The notes under the pieces were generated by a model. That model saw nothing but the letters and a program-made list of their open reading frames with translations. It was not told the DNA's origin and searched no databases. Both the position numbers and the translations under genes were made by a program. Shown in pieces: positions 1-9,200 of a stretch of DNA of 64,000 bases. This DNA comes from Eledone cirrhosa. Lineage: Eukaryota. Position 1 is the first letter of the stretch. Every line of letters starts with the position of its first letter. The stretch covers positions 61,070,001-61,134,000 of the forward strand of contig OZ024745.1 in NCBI GenBank assembly GCA_964016885.1, written 5' to 3'.

Positions 1-3000
1 TGGTGGTATGGCTAGGACAGTTCTCCTCAGATCACCTAGGTAACTGTGATGGTATGGCTAGGACAGTTCTCCTCAGATCACCTAGGTAACTGTGGTTGTA
101 TGGCTAGGACAGTTCTCCTCTGATCACCTAGGTAACTGTGGTTGTATGGCTAGGACAGTTCTTTTCAGATCATCTAGGTAACTGTGGTTGTATGGCTAGG
201 ACAGTTCTCCTCAGATCATCTAGGTAACTGTGGTTGTATGGCTAGGACAGTTCTCCTCTGATCACCTAGGTAACTGTAGTTGTACTGCTAGGACAGTTCT
301 CCTCAGATCACCTAGGTAACTGTGGTGGTATGGCGAGGACAGTTCTCCTCAGATCACCTAGGTAACTGTGGTGGTATGGCTAGGACAGTTCTCCTCAGAT
401 CACCTAGGTAACTGTGGTTGTATTGCTAGGACAGTTCTCCCCAGATCACCTAGGTAACTGATTGTATGGCTAGGACAGTTCTCCCCTGATCACCTAGGTA
501 ACTGTGGTTGTATGGCTAGGACAGTTCTCCTCAGATCACCTAGGTAACTGTGGTTGTATGGCTAGGACAGTTCTCCTCAGATCACCTAGGTAACTGTGGT
601 TGTAATGCTAGGACAGTTCTCCTCTGATCACCTAGGTAACTGTCGTTGTATGACGAGGACAGTTATCCCCAGATCACTTATGTAACGGTGGTCGTATGGC
701 TAGGACAGTTCTCCTCTGATCACCTAGGTAACTGTGGTGGTATGGCTAGGACAGTTCTCCTCTGATCACCTAGGTAACGGTGGTTGTATGGCTAGGACAG
801 TTCTCCTCTGCTCACCTGTGTAACTGTGGTTGTATGACTAGGACAGTTCTCCTCTGATCACCTAGGTAACTGTGGTTGTATGGCTAGGACAGTTCTCCTC
901 AGATCACCTTGGTAACTGTGGTTGTATTAATAGGACAGTTCACCTCTGATCACCTAGGTAACTGTGGTTGTATGGCTAGGACAGTTCTCCTCAGATCACC
1001 TAGGTAACTGTGGTGGTATGGCTAGGACAGTTCTCCTCAGATCACCTAGGTAACTGTGGTTGTATGACTAGGACAGTTCTCCTCTGATCACCTAGGTAAC
1101 TGTGGTTGTATGGCTAGGACAGTTCTCCTCAGATCACCTAGGTAACTGTGGTTGTATTGCTAGGACAGTTCTCCTCTGATCACCTAGGTAACTGTGGTTG
1201 TATGGCTAGGACAGTTCTCCCCAGATCACCTAGGTAACTGATTGTATGGCTAGGACAGTTCTCCCCTGATCACCTAGGTAACTGTGGTTGTATGGCTAGG
1301 ACAGTTCTCCTCAGATCACCTAGGTAACTGTGGTTGTATGGCTAGGACAGTTCTCCTCAGATCACCTAGGTAACTGTGGTTGTATGGCTAGGACAGTTCT
1401 CCTCTGATCACCTAGGTAACTGTGGTTGTATGATGAGGACAGTTCTCCCCAGATCACTTATGTAATGGTGGTCGTATGGCTAGGACAGTTCTCCTCTGAT
1501 CACCTAGGTAACTGTGGTGGTATGGCTAGGACAGTTCTCCTCTGATCACCTAGGTAACGGTGGTTGTATGGCTAGAACAGTTCTCCTCTGCTCACCTGTG
1601 TAACTGTGGTTGTATGACTAGGACAGTTCTCCTCTGATCACCTAGGTAACTGTGGTTGTATGGCTAGGACAGTTCTCCTCAGATCACCTTGGTAACTGTG
1701 GTTGTATGAATAGGACAGTTCACCTCTGATCACCTAGGTAACTGTGGTTGTATGGCTAGGACAGTTCTCCTCAGATCACCTAGGTAACTGGTTGTATGGC
1801 TAGGACAGTTCTCCTCAGATCACCTAGGTAACTGTGGTTGTATGACTAGGACAGTTCTCCTCTGATCACCTAGGTAACTGTGGTTGTATGGCTAGGACAG
1901 TTCTCCTCTGATCACCTAGGTAACTGTGGTTGTATGGCTAGGACAGTACTCCTCAGATCACCTGGGTAACTGTGGTTGTATGGCTAGGACAGTTCTCCTC
2001 AGATCACCTAGGTAACTGTGGTTGCATTGCTAGGACAGTTCTCCTCTGATCACCTAGGTAACTGTGGTTGTATGGCTAGGACAGTTCTCCTCAGATCACC
2101 TAGGTAAATGTGGTGGTATGGCTAGGACAGTTCTCCTCAGATCACCTAGGTAACTGTGGTGGTATGGCTAGGACAGTTCTCCTCAGATCACCTAGGTAAC
2201 TGTGATGGTATGGCTAGGACAGTTCTCCTCAGATCACCTAGGTAACTGTGGTTGTATGGCTAGGACAGTTCTCCTCTGATCACCTAGGTAACTGTGGTTG
2301 TATGGCTAGGACAGTTCTTTTCAGATCATCTAGGTAACTGTGGTTGTATGGCTAGGACAGTTCTCCTCAGATCATCTAGGTAACTGTGGTTGTATGGCTA
2401 GGACAGTTCTCCTCTGATCACCTAGGTAACTGTAGTTGTACTGCTAGGACAGTTCTCCTCAGATCACCTAGGTAACTGTGGTGGTATGGCTAGGACAGTT
2501 CTCCTCAGATCACCTAGGTAACTGTGGTTGTATTGCTAGGACAGTTCTCCCCAGATCACCTAGGTAACTGATTGTATGGCTAGGACAGTTCTCCCCTGAT
2601 CACCTAGGTAACTGTGGTTGTATGGCTAGGACAGTTCTCCTCAGATCACCTAGGTAACTGTGGTTGTATGGCTAGGACAGTTCTCCTCAGATCACCTAGG
2701 TAACTGTGGTTGTAATGCTAGGACAGTTCTCCTCTGATCACCTAGGTAACTGTCGTTGTATGACGAGGACAGTTATCCCCAGATCACTTATGTAACGGTG
2801 GTCGTATGGCTAGGACAGTTCTCCTCTGATCACCTAGGTAACTGTGGTGGTATGGCTAGGACAGTTCTCCTCTGATCACCTAGGTAACGGTGGTTGTATG
2901 GCTAGGACAGTTCTCCTCTGCTCACCTGTGTAACTGTGGTTGTATGACTAGGACAGTTCTCCTCTGATCACCTAGGTAACTGTGGTTGTATGGCTAGGAC

Positions 3001-6000
3001 AGTTCTCCTCAGATCACCTTGGTAACTGTGGTTGTATTAATAGGACAGTTCACCTCTGATCACCTAGGTAACTGTGGTTGTATGGCTAGGACAGTTCTCC
3101 TCAGATCACCTAGGTAACTGTGGTGGTATGGCTAGGACAGTTCTCCTCAGATCACCTAGGTAACTGTGGTTGTATGACTAGGACAGTTCTCCTCTGATCA
3201 CCTAGGTAACTGTGGTTGTATGGCTAGGACAGTTCTCCTCAGATCACCTAGGTAACTGTGGTTGTATTGCTAGGACAGTTCTCCTCTGATCACCTAGGTA
3301 ACTGTGGTTGTATGGCTAGGACAGTTCTCCCCAGATCACCTAGGTAACTGATTGTATGGCTAGGACAGTTCTCCCCTGATCACCTAGGTAACTGTGGTTG
3401 TATGGCTAGGACAGTTCTCCTCAGATCACCTAGGTAACTGTGGTTGTATGGCTAGGACAGTTCTCCTCAGATCACCTAGGTAACTGTGGTTGTATGGCTA
3501 GGACAGTTCTCCTCTGATCACCTAGGTAACTGTGGTTGTATGATGAGGACAGTTCTCCCCAGATCACTTATGTAATGGTGGTCGTATGGCTAGGACAGTT
3601 CTCCTCTGATCACCTAGGTAACTGTGGTGGTATGGCTAGGACAGTTCTCCTCTGATCACCTAGGTAACGGTGGTTGTATGGCTAGAACAGTTCTCCTCTG
3701 CTCACCTGTGTAACTGTGGTTGTATGACTAGGACAGTTCTCCTCTGATCACCTAGGTAACTGTGGTTGTATGGCTAGGACAGTTCTCCTCAGATCACCTT
3801 GGTAACTGTGGTTGTATGAATAGGACAGTTCACCTCTGATCACCTAGGTAACTGTGGTTGTATGGCTAGGACAGTTCTCCTCAGATCACCTAGGTAACTG
3901 GTTGTATGGCTAGGACAGTTCTCCTCAGATCACCTAGGTAACTGTGGTTGTATGACTAGGACAGTTCTCCTCTGATCACCTAGGTAACTGTGGTTGTATG
4001 GCTAGGACAGTTCTCCTCTGATCACCTAGGTAACTGTGGTTGTATGGCTAGGACAGTACTCCTCAGATCACCTGGGTAACTGTGGTTGTATGGCTAGGAC
4101 AGTTCTCCTCAGATCACCTAGGTAACTGTGGTTGCATTGCTAGGACAGTTCTCCTCTGATCACCTAGGTAACTGTGGTTGTATGGCTAGGACAGTTCTCC
4201 TCAGATCACCTAGGTAAATGTGGTGGTATGGCTAGGACAGTTCTCCTCAGATCACCTAGGTAACTGTGGTGGTATGGCTAGGACAGTTCTCCTCAGATCA
4301 CCTAGGTAACTGTGATGGTATGGCTAGGACAGTTCTCCTCAGATCACCTAGGTAACTGTGGTTGTATGGCTAGGACAGTTCTCCTCTGATCACCTAGGTA
4401 ACTGTGGTTGTATGGCTAGGACAGTTCTTTTCAGATCATCTAGGTAACTGTGGTTGTATGGCTAGGACAGTTCTCCTCAGATCATCTAGGTAACTGTGGT
4501 TGTATGGCTAGGACAGTTCTCCTCTGATCACCTAGGTAACTGTAGTTGTACTGCTAGGACAGTTCTCCTCAGATCACCTAGGTAACTGTGGTGGTATGGC
4601 GAGGACAGTTCTCCTCAGATCACCTAGGTAACTGTGGTGGTATGGCTAGGACAGTTCTCCTCAGATCACCTAGGTAACTGTGGTTGTATTGCTAGGACAG
4701 TTCTCCCCAGATCACCTAGGTAACTGATTGTATGGCTAGGACAGTTCTCCCCTGATCACCTAGGTAACTGTGGTTGTATGGCTAGGACAGTTCTCCTCAG
4801 ATCACCTAGGTAACTGTGGTTGTATGGCTAGGACAGTTCTCCTCAGATCACCTAGGTAACTGTGGTTGTAATGCTAGGACAGTTCTCCTCTGATCACCTA
4901 GGTAACTGTCGTTGTATGACGAGGACAGTTATCCCCAGATCACTTATGTAACGGTGGTCGTATGGCTAGGACAGTTCTCCTCTGATCACCTAGGTAACTG
5001 TGGTGGTATGGCTAGGACAGTTCTCCTCTGATCACCTAGGTAACGGTGGTTGTATGGCTAGGACAGTTCTCCTCTGCTCACCTGTGTAACTGTGGTTGTA
5101 TGACTAGGACAGTTCTCCTCTGATCACCTAGGTAACTGTGGTTGTATGGCTAGGACAGTTCTCCTCAGATCACCTTGGTAACTGTGGTTGTATTAATAGG
5201 ACAGTTCACCTCTGATCACCTAGGTAACTGTGGTTGTATGGCTAGGACAGTTCTCCTCAGATCACCTAGGTAACTGTGGTGGTATGGCTAGGACAGTTCT
5301 CCTCAGATCACCTAGGTAACTGTGGTTGTATGACTAGGACAGTTCTCCTCTGATCACCTAGGTAACTGTGGTTGTATGGCTAGGACAGTTCTCCTCAGAT
5401 CACCTAGGTAACTGTGGTTGTATTGCTAGGACAGTTCTCCTCTGATCACCTAGGTAACTGTGGTTGTATGGCTAGGACAGTTCTCCTCAGATCACCTAGG
5501 TAACTGTGGTTGTATTGCTAGGACAGTTCTCCCCAGATCACCTAGGTAACTGATTGTATGGCTAGGACAGTTCTCCCCTGATCACCTAGGTAACTGTGGT
5601 TGTATGGCTAGGACAGTTCTCCTCAGATCACCTAGGTAACTGTGGTTGTATGGCTAGGACAGTTCTCCTCAGATCACCTAGGTAACTGTGGTTGTATGGC
5701 TAGGACAGTTCTCCTCTGATCACCTAGGTAACTGTGGTTGTATGATGAGGACAGTTCTCCCCAGATCACTTATGTAATGGTGGTCGTATGGCTAGGACAG
5801 TTCTCCTCTGATCACCTAGGTAACTGTGGTGGTATGGCTAGGACAGTTCTCCTCTGATCACCTAGGTAACGGTGGTTGTATGGCTAGAACAGTTCTCCTC
5901 TGCTCACCTGTGTAACTGTGGTTGTATGACTAGGACAGTTCTCCTCTGATCACCTAGGTAACTGTGGTTGTATGGCTAGGACAGTTCTCCTCAGATCACC

Positions 6001-6200
6001 TTGGTAACTGTGGTTGTATGAATAGGACAGTTCACCTCTGATCACCTAGGTAACTGTGGTTGTATGGCTAGGACAGTTCTCCTCAGATCACCTAGGTAAC
6101 TGGTTGTATGGCTAGGACAGTTCTCCTCAGATCACCTAGGTAACTGTGGTTGTATGACTAGGACAGTTCTCCTCTGATCACCTAGGTAACTGTGGTTGTA
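1..6200. repeat. Higher-order repeat of about 2.1 kb (46-47 monomers), about 3 tandem copies: 1-2156, 2157-4266, 4267-~6200
   Basis: The rare marker tgtgatgg lies at 45, 2201 and 4311 (offsets 2156 = 47x46-6 and 2110 = 46x46-6). Other markers (cttttcagatcatc, actgtagttgtactgc, tattaatagg, and cctggg/gttgcattgc in copies 1-2) follow in the same order. Copy 2 lacks the ggcgagg monomer, and copy 3 has one extra monomer near 5500. Confidence 0.9.
420..1790. repeat. Internal 780-bp (17-monomer) duplication within the 2.1-kb unit; 826 bp (18 monomers) or about 734 bp (16 monomers) in other copies
   Basis: Marker pairs attgtatggc 461/1241, cacttatg 675/1455 and cacctctgat 941/1721 are all offset by 780 = 17x46-2. 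Equivalent cacttatg pairs are offset by 826 (4941/5767, 13324/14150, 27629/28455, 40976/41802) or 734 (25392/26126, 43304/44038). Confidence 0.88.
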
Positions 6201-9200
6201 TGGCTAGGATAGTTCTCCTCAGATCACCTAGGTAACTGTGGTTGTATGACTAGGACAGTTCTCCTCTGATCACCTAGGTAACTGTGGTTGTATGGCTAGG
6301 ACAATTCTCCTCAGATCACCTAGGTAACTGTGGTTGTATTGCTATGACAGTTCTCCTCTGATCATCTAGGTAACTGTGGTTGTATGTCTAGGACAGTTCT
6401 CCTCTGATCACCTAGGTAACTGTGGTTGTATGGCTAGGACAGTTCTCCTCAGATCACCTAGGTAACTGTGGTGGTATGGTTAGGACAGTTCTCCTCAGAT
6501 CACCTAGGTAACTGTGGTGGTATGGCTAGGACAGTTCTCCTCAGATCACCTAGGTAACTGTGGTTGTATGGCTAGGAGAGTTCTCCTCAGATTATCTAGG
6601 TAACTGTGGTTGTATGGCTAGGACAGTTCTCCTCAGATCACCTAGGTAACTGTGGTTGTATTGCTAGGACAGTTCTCCTCTGATCACCTAGGTAACTGTG
6701 GTTGTATGGCTAGGACAGTTCTCCTCAGATCACCTAGGTAACTGTGGTTGTATTGCTAGGACAGTTCTCAGATCACCTAGGTAACTGATTGTATGGCTAG
6801 GACAGTTCTCAGATCACCTAGGTAACTGATTGTATGGCTAGGACAGTTCTCCTCAGATCACCTAGGTAACTGTGGTGGTATGGCTAGGACAGTTCTCCTC
6901 AGATCACCTAGGTAACTGTGGTTGTATTGCTAGGACAGTTCTCCCCAGATCACCTAGATAACTGATTGTATGGCTAGGACAGTTCTCCCCTGATCACCTA
7001 GGTAACTGTGGTGGTATGGCTAGGACAGTTCTCCTCAGATCACCTAGGTAACTGTGGTTGTATGGCTAGGACAGTTCTCCTCAGATCACCTAGGTAACTG
7101 TGGTTGTATGGCTAGGACAGTTCTCCTCAGATCACCTTGGTAACTGTGGTTGTATGAATAGGACAGTTCACCTCTGATCACCTAGGTAACTGTGGTTGTA
7201 TGGCTAGGACAGTTCTCCTCAGATCACCTAGGTAACTGGTGGTATGGCTAGGACAGTTCTCCTCAGATCACCTAGGTAACTGTGGTTGTATGACTAGGAC
7301 AGTTCTCCTCTGATCACCTAGGTAACTGTGGTTGTATGGCTAGGACAGTTCTCCTCAGATCACCTAGGTAACTGTGGTTGTATGACTAGGACAGTTCTCC
7401 TCTGATCACCTAGGTAACTGTGGTTGTATGGCTAGGACAGTTCTCCTCAGATCACCTAGGTAACTGTGGTTGTATGGCTAGGACAGTCCTCCTCAGATCA
7501 CCTAGGTAACTGTGGTTGTATGGCTAGGACAGTTCTCCTGTGATCACCTAGGTAACTGTGGTTGTATGGCTAGGACAGTTCTCCTCTGATCACCTAGGTA
7601 ACTGTGGTTGTATGGCTAGGACAGTACTCCTCAGATCACCTAGGTAACTGTGGTTGTATGGCTAGGACAGTTCTCCTCAGATCACCTAGGTAACTGTGGT
7701 TGTATTGCTAGGACAGCTCTCCTCAGATCACCTAGGTAACTGTGGTGGTATGGCTAGGACAGGTCTCCTCAGATCACCTAGGTAACTGTAGTTGTATGGC
7801 TAGGACAGTTCTCCTCAGATCACCTAGGTAACTGTGGTTGTATTGCTATGACAGTTCTCCTCTGATCACCTAGGTAACTGTGGTTGTATGGCTAGGACAG
7901 TTCTCCTCTGATCACCTAGGTAACTGTGGTTGTATGGCTAGGACAGTTCTCCTCAGATCACCTAGGTAACTGTGGTGGTATGGTTAGGACAGTTCTCCTC
8001 AGATCACCTAGGTAACTGTGGTGGTATGGCTAGGACAGTTCTCCTCAGATCACCTAGGTAACTGTGGTTGTATGGCTAGGACAGTACTCCTCAGATCACC
8101 TAGGTAACTGTGGTGGTATGGCTAGGACAGTTCTCCTCAGATCACCTAGGTAACTGTGGTTGTATGGCTAGGACAGTTCTCCTCAGATTATCTAGGTAAC
8201 TGTGGTTGTATGGCTAGGACAGTTCTCCTCAGATCACCTAGGTAACTGTGGTTGTATGGCTAGGACAGTTCTCCTCAGATCACCTAGGTAACTGTGGTTG
8301 TATGGCTAGGACAGTTCTCCTCAGATCACCTAGGTAACTGTGGTTGTATGACTAGGACAGTTCTCCTCAGATCACCTAGGTAACTGTGGTTGTATGGCTA
8401 GGACAGTTCTCCTCAGATCACCGAGGTAACTGTGGTTGTATGGCTAGGACAGTTCTCCTCTGACCACCTTGGTAACTGTGGTTGTATGGCTAGGACAGTT
8501 CTCCTCTGATCACCTAGGTAACTGTGGCTGTATGGCTAGGACAGTTCTCCTCAGATCACCTAGGTAACTGTGGTTGTATGGCTAGGACAGTCCTCCTCAG
8601 ATCACCTAGGTAACTGTGGTTGTATGGCTAGGACAGTTCTCCTGTGATCACCTAGGTAACTGTGGTTGTATGGCTAGGACAGTTCTCCTCTGATCACCTA
8701 GGTAACTGTGGTTGTATGGCTAGGACAGTACTCCTCAGATCACCTAGGTAACTGTGGTTGTATGGCTAGGACAGTTCTCCTCAGATCACCTAGGTAACTG
8801 TGGTTGTATTGCTAGGACAGTTCTCCTCTGATCACCTAGGTAACTGTGGTTGTATGGCTAGGACAGTTCTCCTCAGATCACCTAGGTAAATGTGGTGGTA
8901 TGGCTAGGACAGTTCTCCTCAGATCACCTAGGTAACTGTGGTGGTATGGCTAGGACAGTTCTCCTCAGATCACCTAGGTAACTGTGGTGGTATGGCTAGG
9001 ACAGTTCTCCTCAGATCACCTAGGTAACTGTGGTTGTATGGCTAGGACAGTTCTCCTCTGATCACCTAGGTAACTGTGGTTGTATGGCTAGGACAGTTCT
9101 CCTCAGATCATCTAGGTAACTGTGGTTGTATGGCTAGGACAGTTCTCCTCAGATCATCTAGGTAACTGTGGTTGTATGGCTAGGACAGTTCTCCTCTGAT

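Noticed and set aside
14-24. Steroid-receptor response element (AGGACA/AGAACA next to GTTCT)
   Set aside because: It lacks the 3-bp spacer and the complete second half-site of AGAACAnnnTGTTCT.
34-41. Reverse-complement variant pairs of the CCTAGG palindrome (CCTTGG/CCAAGG, CCGAGG/CCTCGG, CTTAGG/CCTAAG, CGTAGG/CCTACG) suggesting site-specific inversion
   Set aside because: Most single substitutions of this hexamer occur somewhere in the array, so reciprocal pairs are expected by chance.
1-184. Nucleosome-length tetramer (4x46 = 184 bp) periodicity
   Set aside because: This is a numerical coincidence only. Variant patterns show no 4-monomer period.
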